Of a stretch of 64,000 nt of DNA, positions 20,426 through 30,700 are shown one piece after another. This DNA comes from an uncultured virus (IMG/VR IMGVR_UViG_3300044825_001403). Its lineage: Duplodnaviria > Heunggongvirae > Uroviricota > Caudoviricetes. The DNA lies in the IMG/VR virus record IMGVR_UViG_3300044825_001403, positions 1-64,000 of that record; one strand, given 5' to 3'. Each line of letters starts with the position of its first letter. Within the stretch, counting starts at the first letter, position 1. Below the pieces are notes generated by a model, which saw only the letters and a list, made by a program, of their open reading frames with translations, was not told the DNA's origin and made no database searches. Both the position numbers and the translations under genes were made by a program.

Positions 20426-20731
20426 TGTATTTTGATTTGTTTGATATTATTATTAATTTGTAATTGCGATTAGTTTGTTATTCTTTATAGCAGTTAATCG
20501 TATGTGTAAGTATAAAGAATTAACAGTTAATCGTAATCGTTCGTTTATTATAATAAACGCCGAGCGGGGGGGGGTCGATCCAAAAAAGTACCGTCTTTCT
20601 AAGCTATAAACGTTTCCCAGAGCCCTCTAAATATCCCCCCCGTTTCAAAAAATCTCCCAGGACTTGAAATCCCTCAAAGGTTTTGCTAAAATGGATCCCC
20701 GCCAACCCAAAAAATTTTCCCAGGTAAAAAA

Positions 20732-20974
20732 ATGCCCAGAAGTCGAATGACAAAAAGACCTCAGAACATGTGCTACAATTGCTGGTACACATGGTATCCC
20801 CGAGGGCATTCAGTGTCTTACAAGTGTCCATGCTGCGGCAGCACACGCACGGGTATAGACTTGTCTGGCGTCATCGCCATTGGTCTTCTATTACTTGCAG
20901 GGATTGCCATAGCATATTGGTATATTGTAATACCATTCGGAATACTTGGCTGGGTTATGTACAAAAATAAATAA
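20732..20974 (+). CDS. Zn-ribbon plus transmembrane hypothetical protein
   Basis: CYNC..TW.PRG......CPCCGS then hydrophobic C-terminus. Confidence 0.6.
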   Translation: MPRSRMTKRPQNMCYNCWYTWYPRGHSVSYKCPCCGSTRTGIDLSGVIAIGLLLLAGIAIAYWYIVIPFGILGWVMYKNK

Positions 20975-20994
20975 AGTATGAGTTACATAACACC

Positions 20995-21364
20995 ATGGAA
21001 CACAAAATTACATTCAAAACCAAAGATGGTACTCTAAAAGAGCAACGCTTTGATGACTTTAATCAATTCGCTGACACAATTGAAGAGGTAGCGATGGATT
21101 ATTATACTGGAGTACGCCCAGAAATTGAAGTTGAGACAATTTACCAAAACATGATCAAAAAAGAGAGGGTTACTGAAAATGGACGAGTTGAGACTGAAGC
21201 TGAGTTTCTTAGAGAGGAGAATTGAGAGAATCGAAGAGAAACTCAATCAGATTCCCGTTCCATTCAAATTAATGTACAAACCCCCCTACGAAGAGGAACA
21301 TTCAGACATTGTTGATGTTCTTGATCGTATTATACATAAGTTAAAACAGCTTGAAGATGGCTAG
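20995..21364 (+). CDS. Two small hypothetical proteins (20995-21225, 21179-21364)
   Basis: ORFs leading into the PAAR gene. Confidence 0.65.
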
Positions 21365-21680
21365 AAAACCAGTTTCAATTTATTTCGGGGTTGATAGTGG
21401 TGGTTCTGTATGTCCATGTGTGTCACCACCAAAGACTTTAGAACCACCTGTTGGTAATGTGTTTGCAAATCGTTCTGCTGTAATGGCAAATGGAGACGTA
21501 TTAACTCCTGCAATAGGTGAGACATGTTCAACTCCACCGTTTCCTTGTACAAATCCAAGAGTTGTGAAGGCAGCAAACTTCACTTTTGTCAATGGAGTCT
21601 CCATATCAACAGTTGGTGATGTATTGAATGCTACAGCAGGCATTACGATACCTCAAGGGAGCCCTTCCGTTTTTGCGTGA
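21357..21680 (+). CDS. PAAR-like spike tip protein (T4 gp5.4 equivalent)
   Basis: NVFAN......GD, FVNG.....VGD, I.QGSPSVFA repeats; position before gp25. Confidence 0.75.
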   Translation: MARKPVSIYFGVDSGGSVCPCVSPPKTLEPPVGNVFANRSAVMANGDVLTPAIGETCSTPPFPCTNPRVVKAANFTFVNGVSISTVGDVLNATAGITIPQGSPSVFA

Positions 21681-21720
21681 TCTATGCTATAATGGTCGGG
21701 TAGTTTACGGATGATATTCC

Positions 21721-21864
21721 ATGGCAAAGCGTCCCTCGTTCACTGGTGCGAATCAGATTGAGTCCAAACCCAAGAAATCCCGTCAGGGAGCTGGGAAGCA
21801 TACAAAGTATGCCGCAACCAGTCGAAACAATGCACGTAAAAAGTATCGTGGACAAGGTAACTAA
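21721..21864 (+). CDS. Small basic conserved cyanomyophage protein (47 aa, not in ORF track)
   Basis: MAKRPSFTGANQIESKPKKSRQGAGKHTKYAATSRNNARKKYRGQGN; TGCTATAAT upstream. Confidence 0.75.
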   Translation: MAKRPSFTGANQIESKPKKSRQGAGKHTKYAATSRNNARKKYRGQGN

Positions 21865-22279
21865 AGATCTCCAAGATTGGATTATAGGTCTTACAAAACC
21901 AAAGACTGAGCTGGGCAGGTTTGCTACTTGCCCTTATGCTCAATTTGCGAAGTATCAAATCGAAAAGCGTTCTATTAGCGACTTACAGCCTCTTGAAGGG
22001 GTTGAGGTCGCTATTTTTGTACTAGATGACTCTCATACGTTAGAAGACCTTCTAGAGGCTTGTAGAGCCCTTAACGAAGCTTACCCTGATTACGTTTTCT
22101 TAGATGATCACAAAGATGACCACTCTTATATCAATGGCGTTCAAACAAATAACGGAAAGTATAATTTGATCCTCTGTCAGAACAAAGCAAAACTATTAAA
22201 GGCAAGAGAGGCTCTTAGAAACACTCGGTACTATTCCTATTGGGAAAAATCGTTTTATAATAAAATTGTACAGGGATAG
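21830..22279 (+). CDS. Hypothetical protein (CPYA motif); start uncertain
   Basis: ORF 21746-22279; the upstream part overlaps the real 21721 gene so a later start is likely. Confidence 0.6.
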   Translation: MHVKSIVDKVTKDLQDWIIGLTKPKTELGRFATCPYAQFAKYQIEKRSISDLQPLEGVEVAIFVLDDSHTLEDLLEACRALNEAYPDYVFLDDHKDDHSYINGVQTNNGKYNLILCQNKAKLLKAREALRNTRYYSYWEKSFYNKIVQG

Positions 22280-22323
22280 CAACCCCTCTAAAAGTTCTGT
22301 TTAACCTTATACGGAGAAAACAG

Positions 22324-22506
22324 ATGGCTATGAGTCCAGTAGATAAAGGAGAGGATTTTTTGAAATCGGGTATGACTCTGATTTCAGAACTCTCGTCAGA
22401 AAAACATCTTAAAAAAGTTCGTTACAAAATTCCTGAAAATCGTTTATCAAGACCATGTGGCGGTGCTGGTGGTTTTGATGATTTTGTTGAAAGATTTGAA
22501 GAGTGA
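22324..22506 (+). CDS. Small hypothetical protein
   Basis: GGAG RBS; CGGAGGFDDFVERF. Confidence 0.65.
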   Translation: MAMSPVDKGEDFLKSGMTLISELSSEKHLKKVRYKIPENRLSRPCGGAGGFDDFVERFEE

Positions 22507-22536
22507 CCAACTAAATAACAATAAACTGTTATTTAA

Positions 22537-22929
22537 GTGGCCAAACTTCTTCCTTTTAAAGATTTGAAGGTTACATTCAAGCCTCATCCTATTACTGGCG
22601 ATATGCAAGTAGTTAAGGATGAGGCTGCGATTAAACAATCAATTGTTAATTTACTATTGACTGTAAAAGGAGAAAGATTTTTTAATGCTGATCTAGGCTC
22701 ATCAATTTCGTCATTATTGTTTGAACCATTGGATTTTGGTACTGCATCGTTAATTAGTACTGAAATTGATAACACTCTTGAAAGGTATGAGCCTAGAATC
22801 AATGTTTTATCAGTTGATGTCACACCAAATTTTGAAGAAAATGGATTTGAAGCAAGTCTATCCTTTGAAATCATTGGTCGAGAAGATTTTCCAATCGATG
22901 TAGAATTCTTTCTAGAGAGAACCCGATAA
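22537..22929 (+). CDS. gp25: Baseplate wedge subunit gp25
   Basis: F..HP.TGD....DE.AIKQSI.NLLLT..GERFFN..LGS, ERYEPRI; CTAAATA late promoter 22511. Confidence 0.93.
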   Translation: MAKLLPFKDLKVTFKPHPITGDMQVVKDEAAIKQSIVNLLLTVKGERFFNADLGSSISSLLFEPLDFGTASLISTEIDNTLERYEPRINVLSVDVTPNFEENGFEASLSFEIIGREDFPIDVEFFLERTR

Positions 22930-24729
22930 ATGCCTTACACTCAAGTATCAAATTTAGACTTTAATGAGATTAAAGTCGCCCTAAGAGATTACTTAAGGGC
23001 TCAGACAGATTTTACTGATTTTGATTTTGAGGGCTCTGTTTGGAGTAATCTTCTCGATGTTCTTGCATATAATACTTATTATACAGCATTTAACACTAAC
23101 TTAGTTGTTAATGAACTGTTTCTTGATTCAGCAACTCTTCGTGATAACGTTGTTTCATTAGCAAAGCAACTCGGTTATCGTCCTAAATCAAGAACCGCAC
23201 CAAAGGCAGTTGTTAACTTTAAAGCAAATTTTGGCAATAATTCGCCCTCACACATCATTTTAAAGAAGGGAACTGGTTTCATCACAACTTTTGATGATAC
23301 TTTATATCAATATGTCACTGTAGAGGACTATAAAGTACCTGTAATCGACTCTGTAGCTAACTTTACTGAAGTTGAGTTACATGAAGGTACATTCACATCT
23401 AATTTCTTTACAGTTAATACTACACAGTCTTCTCAGCGTTTTGTATTACAGAATCCTGGAACTGATACAAATTCAATTCGTGTTAAAGTCTATCCTTCAG
23501 TAAATTCGACTTCTTACGAGATTTATAGTCTTGCCACGAACATTTTGAATGTTAATTCAGAATCAAAGACATATTTTGTAGAAGAGACTGAAGATGAGAA
23601 GTATGAGATTTTCTTTGGTGATGGTGTTCTTGGTCGAAAATTAGAAAACGGTGAGTACATTGAGATTTCTTATATTACAACCAACGGACCAGTAAGCAAT
23701 GGTGCGAGAAGCTTTACATTTACTGGTGTATTAGAGGATATTAATGGCAATTCTAATTTCTCTGTATCCATCTCTGACGTAGCAACCGTCTCTGCGGCCT
23801 CTGGGGGCGAGGATATCGAGACTATCAAGAAGATCAAGTACAATGCCCCTAAGTACTTTGGAACGCAAGACAGGGCCGTTACAGCCGCCGATTACGCAGC
23901 GATTGTACGAAACATCTATCCATCGGTCGCTGATATCATTGTATTTGGTGGCGAAGATGCAGATCCACCAGAATACGGTAAAGTCAAGATTGCTGTCAAG
24001 CCAAATAATCTAACGAAGCTATCTTCTTTTACAAAGAAAGAAATTACGGATGCACTGAAAGATTATATGGTTGCTTCCGTCAAACCTGAAATTGTTGATC
24101 CTTCAATCATCTATGTTGAATTAACATCAAACGTTTATTACAATAAATCTGTTACAACTCAGACACCAGAGCAAATTCGATCAAAAGTGATTGCTGCTGT
24201 GGAAAACTATATTGATCTATCTGATACAGAAAAGTTTAATGGTAAGTTCAGATATAGTAAGTTTGTGGGTGTAATTGACGATGCAGATCGTTCGATTAAT
24301 TCCAATCAAACCACTGTGATGATGAGAAAGGATTTTTATCCTGGTATCAATTCTACATTCTATTATGAGTTATGTTTCCAGAATGAATTTGATCTAGATT
24401 GTGATCGTACTACAGTATCTTCTACTGGATTCAAAGTCGTAGAATATCCCAATTATACTGTGTATTTGGAAGATCGCAATGGCAAAATTGTCCTATATAG
24501 ATTAGATTCTCTATCTGGCGAAAAAATCGTATTAAACGATTCTATCGGTGATATTAATTACAAAAAAGGAGAGATTCAATTATATGATGTAACTATTATT
24601 CAAGGTAGTTTCTTTGATAATCGTATTGAGTTACGTGTTAGACCTGCTTCAAATGATATTATTGCAAGTCGAGAAGTATATCTAGACGTAGATATTTCAA
24701 ATAGTAAGTTTACAGCATATCCAGAGTAG
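22930..24729 (+). CDS. gp6: Baseplate wedge subunit gp6
   Basis: LDF..IK..L..YL......TDFDFEGS, LFLDSATLRDNVVSLAK.LGY.P, QDRAVTA.DY. Confidence 0.95.
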   Translation: MPYTQVSNLDFNEIKVALRDYLRAQTDFTDFDFEGSVWSNLLDVLAYNTYYTAFNTNLVVNELFLDSATLRDNVVSLAKQLGYRPKSRTAPKAVVNFKANFGNNSPSHIILKKGTGFITTFDDTLYQYVTVEDYKVPVIDSVANFTEVELHEGTFTSNFFTVNTTQSSQRFVLQNPGTDTNSIRVKVYPSVNSTSYEIYSLATNILNVNSESKTYFVEETEDEKYEIFFGDGVLGRKLENGEYIEISYITTNGPVSNGARSFTFTGVLEDINGNSNFSVSISDVATVSAASGGEDIETIKKIKYNAPKYFGTQDRAVTAADYAAIVRNIYPSVADIIVFGGEDADPPEYGKVKIAVKPNNLTKLSSFTKKEITDALKDYMVASVKPEIVDPSIIYVELTSNVYYNKSVTTQTPEQIRSKVIAAVENYIDLSDTEKFNGKFRYSKFVGVIDDADRSINSNQTTVMMRKDFYPGINSTFYYELCFQNEFDLDCDRTTVSSTGFKVVEYPNYTVYLEDRNGKIVLYRLDSLSGEKIVLNDSIGDINYKKGEIQLYDVTIIQGSFFDNRIELRVRPASNDIIASREVYLDVDISNSKFTAYPE

Positions 24730-24734
24730 ACTAA

Positions 24735-27700
24735 ATGGCGTCAAAAACGAGAAAAATTTCAGCCCTGATCGAGAATCAACTCCCAGGGTTTATCTCATCC
24801 GAATACGAAAATTTTTCAAGATTTGTAGAGAAATACTACGAACAACTTGAGAATCAAGGACAGCCGCTGGATATTATTAACAATATCACAAAATATCGTG
24901 ATATTGACTTTTATGAGGAAAACTTACTCAAGCAATACACAACACTTGCTTTAAATTTAAATGCATCACAGACTACAATTGTTGTAGCTGATGCGACTTC
25001 ATTCCCTAAGCAGAACGGTTATATTCGTATTGGGAATGAAATTTGTTTCTATCAAGAAAGAACAGACACAGAATTTAGATTTGTCTCTAGAGGAGTCAGT
25101 GGGAATACAACTCTAGGAGATCTTTATACCAAATCAGAATTTGTTACTACTCAAGCAGAATCTCATTTTGTAGGAGATCAAGTTTATAACGTCAGTAATT
25201 TATTCCTGTATGCTTTTGTAAAAAGCTTTGAATCCCAATACTTAGACTCTTTCCCAGAAAAATACTTAAAAGGAGAGGTTGATAAGAGAACTTTAATTAA
25301 AAATATAAGTAAATTTTATAAGGCAAAGGGTACTGATAAGTCAATCAAATTTATTTTTAATTCGATTGTTTCTCGTACACCCAATGATATTCCAGAAGTT
25401 TTCTATCCAAAAGATAGCACTATTCGTCCATCGACTTCAGATTGGGCAACAACCTATTCTTTAAAGGTCAAAATTCTTTCTGGATCTCCAGAGAATCTTA
25501 TTGGAGAAAAATTAGAACAACTTCCTGATCCAACTAGACCAGAAGTAAAGTATGCATCTGGCTATATTGATAACATTATATTTAAAGGAAACGATACCTA
25601 CGAGATCATTCTAGATCCTGCAACAGTAAATGGATCATTTAATGTCATTTCCAGAACTAAATTAACATCAACATTAACTAGCACTAGAACTATTGGTGAT
25701 AGAATTGATGTCGGCTCTACAATGGGCTGGAAATCATCTGGCAATCTTTTAATTGGCACCGAACAGTTTACATTCACAAATAAAAATGTAAACCAGTTTG
25801 TTATCGAATCTAGATCCGCTTCGCCTCAAACTCATCCAGTTGGAACAGATGTTTTTGGATTATTCCCTGTTAGAGCAAGACAAACATCATTTTTAATTCT
25901 TGGTGTTTTATACAACCTAAATTTAAAAAATGCTGCACCATATTCTGAGCTGGGCGATAAAATTCAAATTACAGAAGCTGGTGTTGAAAGTAGCAGCCCA
26001 ATAATTTTCGATAGAAGAATTAGTGAAAATCGTTGGTTAATTAATGAAACTAACACAAGACCAACTGTTTACCAAAATCCTTCTGTCCAAGAAGCAATTG
26101 ATGACTTAAATGCAGATGTTTCTGCAATTTATGAAGATGAACAGTATTTTTATATTTGTTCGTCAAGTTATCCTTCTCACAGAATTTTATCGGCTACTTT
26201 AGAGGATCTACCAAAAGATCAAAAAGTTCTTCGCTTAATTAGAAAATTCCCAACTACCACTACAGAAGTATACGAAACCCCTGCTAGAGATGTTGGTATT
26301 TTTGTAAATGGAACTCCTGCTTATGGCTGCAAAGATGAAGAATACGTTTTATATGGAAATATCGTAAGTTCTGAAGTTACATACAAGGGATCTGGATACA
26401 AAAAACCTCCTTATGTCTTAATTAATGAAACCCCAGGAAAGGCGTCAGCAAACGTCTCTGGGGAGGTTGTGGAGTCAATTGTAATTAATACTGACGAAAT
26501 ATACACAACCACTCCTAAAGTTGTCATAACTGCAGGTAGAGGAGCAAAAGCAAGAGCTGTTGTGACTAATGGGGAAATTACTGATATTATTGTAGTAAAT
26601 TCTGGAGAATACTATTCTTCTCCTCCTACAGTTAGAATTATAGATTTGGCAGGCAAAGGCAATTTTGCTGAATATAAAGCTAATGTATCTGAAAATGGTC
26701 AAGTAGTTGGATTTGAAGCAATTAATTTAGGTAAATTTTATACCCAAGCAAATGTTCAAGTTGAGTTAATTGAAGATGCTCAAGGAACGGAAGCAACTGC
26801 AAAAGTAGAAATCAGAAAATGGTATAAGAATAGATTTAAAAAATATCAAAACTTCTTAGACGATTCTTATGGTTATGTCTTTGCTGATTTTGCAACGAAA
26901 GATAAATCTGAAAAAACACTAGGATACGGTTACGTTGGCAATCCAAGAAGGCTGCGTATTCAATTAAATGATAATTTAACCAGTAGTTTTACGGAACCTA
27001 CTGAAAAAACACACTCTCCTATTATTGGATTTGCATATGATGGCAATCCAATATACGGTCCATTTGGATATACAAACCCACTAGATAATACGTCAGAAGT
27101 AATAAGATTGGCCAGTGGGTACGAATTAAAAGAATCAAGATCTGGAGGTCCATCTACAAGTCAATATCCTCTAGGTACTTTTGTAGATGACTATGTATGG
27201 ATTCCAAGAGCTACTTCTGATAAATCTTATCTTGATGAAAATAACGGTAGATTTTGTGTAACACCAGATTATCCAGAAGGAACGTATGCTTACTTTTTAA
27301 CTATTAATTTATTCAATCAACCAGTTTTTCCATATATTCTCGGTAAAAATTATTATTCATTGCCAGTGGATTCAAATTATAATTCTGCGATTAATCAAAA
27401 TGATCTTCCATTTAATGTAAAAAGATTAAGAACTAACTCTATTGAAAATAACGGAACAAGCACCATTGTCAAAATTAATAATATTACGACAGGAAATGTT
27501 TCTGATGTAGATATTCAAGATTCTACAGATAATTTTGAAGTTGGATCATTTGTTAGAGTTAACGACACAAATACTGGAGGTCAAGGTGCCTCAGCTCTTG
27601 TTTCTGAAGTTAATGGTATTCCAGTTAATTTAATTGATTGTATCGAAAATAAAGTGTTAGAAATTGCATTATTAGAAAATGCGTTTCTTTTTGCTGGAGA

Positions 27701-30700
27701 TATTATTACTCAAGCAAATACTAATGCTACTGGAGAATTAATTGGAGATGTAGTTAATTCAAATCAACTTATTTTACAAAATGTTTCTGGCAATTTTAAT
27801 AATATTGATTTAGTATCAGCAACTATTGATGTTGCTAATATTTTAGTTGATAAAAACTCTAATTTTACAAAAGATTTTGAAATTATTCAAACTGATAATG
27901 ATGGATCTACAATTGCTAGAGGTATTATTGTTGAATCTATAACCAATCAAAATTTAGTAAAAATTCGTGTGACATCTGGCCAATTTGCTGTTAATGATAA
28001 TTATGTACTAAAAAGTTCTAATTTGAATGACACTTTTGGAGCTAAAATTGTAACAGTATCTTCATTGAGCAAAAATCTCCAAGTCAATTTTATTGATGAT
28101 AAAATTGCAATTGTAAACACTGATGGAGATCATAATTTAACTCTTGGCGATAAAGTTAATGTAAACATTGTTCCAGATGACACACAAACTCAAACCACAT
28201 ACTATGTAAGAAAAAGAATTTATCAAAGAGTTAAATTGAATGTTCCTACATTTAATACAACAATAGATGATAGTGGCATTGGAGCTTTTGAATATTTAAA
28301 CGGAGGAGCAGATTACGAAACTGGCCAATATTTCAATGTAGAATTGGTATTTAAAGATTCTTCAAAAATTAGATCTACAGTTGGTGCCCCAGGAAATCCA
28401 AATAACGCAAAAGCAACAATCACTGTTTCTAATATAAATGGTTCTGGTTATGGTAGAGTAACTAGTGTTGTTATTACTAACAAAGGCTTTGGATATAAAA
28501 AAGGAGATATATTAACAGTTGTAGATGAAGATTTAAATAGAGATGAGGATAGCATATCTACTCAAAGATTAATTGTATCTGTAGATCACGTTGGGTTTTC
28601 TAAATCAAATACTTTATTACGTTTAACTAGTATTACTGGGTTGTCTGTTGATGATTTTCTCAAAATTGGATCCGAAATAGTAAAAGTAACAAACATAAAC
28701 ACAACAACAAAAACCGCAACTGTTTTGAGAGGGCAACATTCAACAAGTATTGTTGATCATTATAATAATCAAACTGTAGAACTTTATGATAATCAATATC
28801 GATTTAATTTCTCATTTCAAATATTAGGACAAGGATTTACTGATCCTTATGTGTTTGATTACGATAAAGAAACACAACTATTAACTGTAGTTTATAACTA
28901 TGGGTTAACTACAAATATTAATACAATTAAAAAAGGAAATGTTTTTTATGATAATAGTGTTCCCCAAAAAATTGTCACTATCTCATCTGTCGAAAATCCA
29001 GAAGCAGATTTTCAGTTTGCGTTAGAAAATACAGACATAGCATTTAAATCAAATCCAATTATTGATATAACTAAGTATTACAAATATAAATTTGATACTA
29101 GTCATTTCTCAATGAGTGGTACTTATTTAGATTTTTCTCCAAGTTTTTCTTATAATATTTCGCCAATAGAAGTTCAATCTAATGATATAGAGCCAGGTCA
29201 ACAGGATTCTGCTATTTTTGTTAAATTTGGATTTAATAATACTTCATACACTGAAAGAAATATAACTATCGATCCAATTATCGATGATTATATTGTTGAA
29301 GTTGAATTAATTGTTGAAGATGACTTCTTCTTAACAGAAAATATCTTAGAAGATAAGAATAATAAAAAAACAGAAACTAACTATCTAAAATATTATTACT
29401 TTGATAAATCAAAATCTTTAAAAACAAGAAATGGTTATTTAAGAATTGTAAATGATCCTCTCCAAGGCGAAAAAACAGTTTATTATACAACAAATAATAA
29501 ATTTGTTTATAAGATAGATCAATATCCAAAATATGATGGAAAAGGATCTATAACTTATACAACGTCTTCTAAATTTGCAATTGGTTCAATAAGTAAAATT
29601 AAATTAGAAAATTCTGGAGAAAATTATTCAAGAATTCCTATTATATCTGGTGTTGATATCGCAAAAGAAAGTGAAGCCATTGTAAAAACTACGTATAATA
29701 ATATCAAAAATTGTGTAGATTTTGTTGAGGTTTTGGATGGGGGAAAAAATTATTCTAAACCAAAAGCAGTTGTTGTTGATGGAGATGGATTTGGAGCGGA
29801 ATTTTCTGTATTTTCACGAGATGGCAAAGTTCTTCAAGTTAATGTTATAAATGGAGGAAAAAATTATTCATATCCACCAACAGTAAAAATTATAGAATCT
29901 GATGTAAAATTATATTTTAAATCAGAAAATATTGGTATTCCTAGAAGTGTAGAAATTGTTGATAATGGTTTTAATTATCATTTAGACCAAACACTAGTAT
30001 CAAATTATACTTCCAACTTAGTTTTATTATTGAAAAACCATATTGATGATGCTTTTATGATTGGTGAGAAAATTATTCAAACCACTGTTGTTAATGGTCA
30101 AACTGTAGAAACAGCATATGGCTTTGTATCCAAGAACGGTTGGAGACCAGGAAGTAATATTCTACGTTTAGAAAATATTAGTGGCTCTTTTGATAATAAA
30201 ATTCAAATTCTTGGCGAAGTTAAGAGAAATACTGCAGACATTATCAGTATTTTAAATGCAGATTTTGATTCCGATATTAGAGGTTATTTTGATAATCTAG
30301 GAAAATTTAATTCCGATAAAGGATATTTGAGTAGTTATTCTCAGAGACTGACAGACTCTTATTATTATCAGGATTATTCGTATGTAATTAAATCAAAAAC
30401 TCCAACCAATGTTTGGAGAGATTTAATTAAACAAACTACTCACCCCGCTGGATTTAAACTTTTCGGAGAAGTTTTAGTGGAATCTGAGGGCACTGTTACT
30501 ATGCCTTCTGGTGAGTATGCCAATGCTGAGAAAATTAAAATTATTAACCTAGAATCTAAATTAGTAGAATTAAAAAATATTAAGAGACAAGTTACACAAT
30601 CCGTTTTAAAATTCAATGATTTAAATGTAGAAAAAGGTATTGGTAGTGTTGCTCTTAATATTGAGTCTAATTCCGAAACAGTAGCAAGAGAACTAATTCT

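Noticed and set aside
21746..21829. N-terminal extension of ORF 21746-22279
   Set aside because: Overlaps the recognisable basic gene 21721-21864 in another frame
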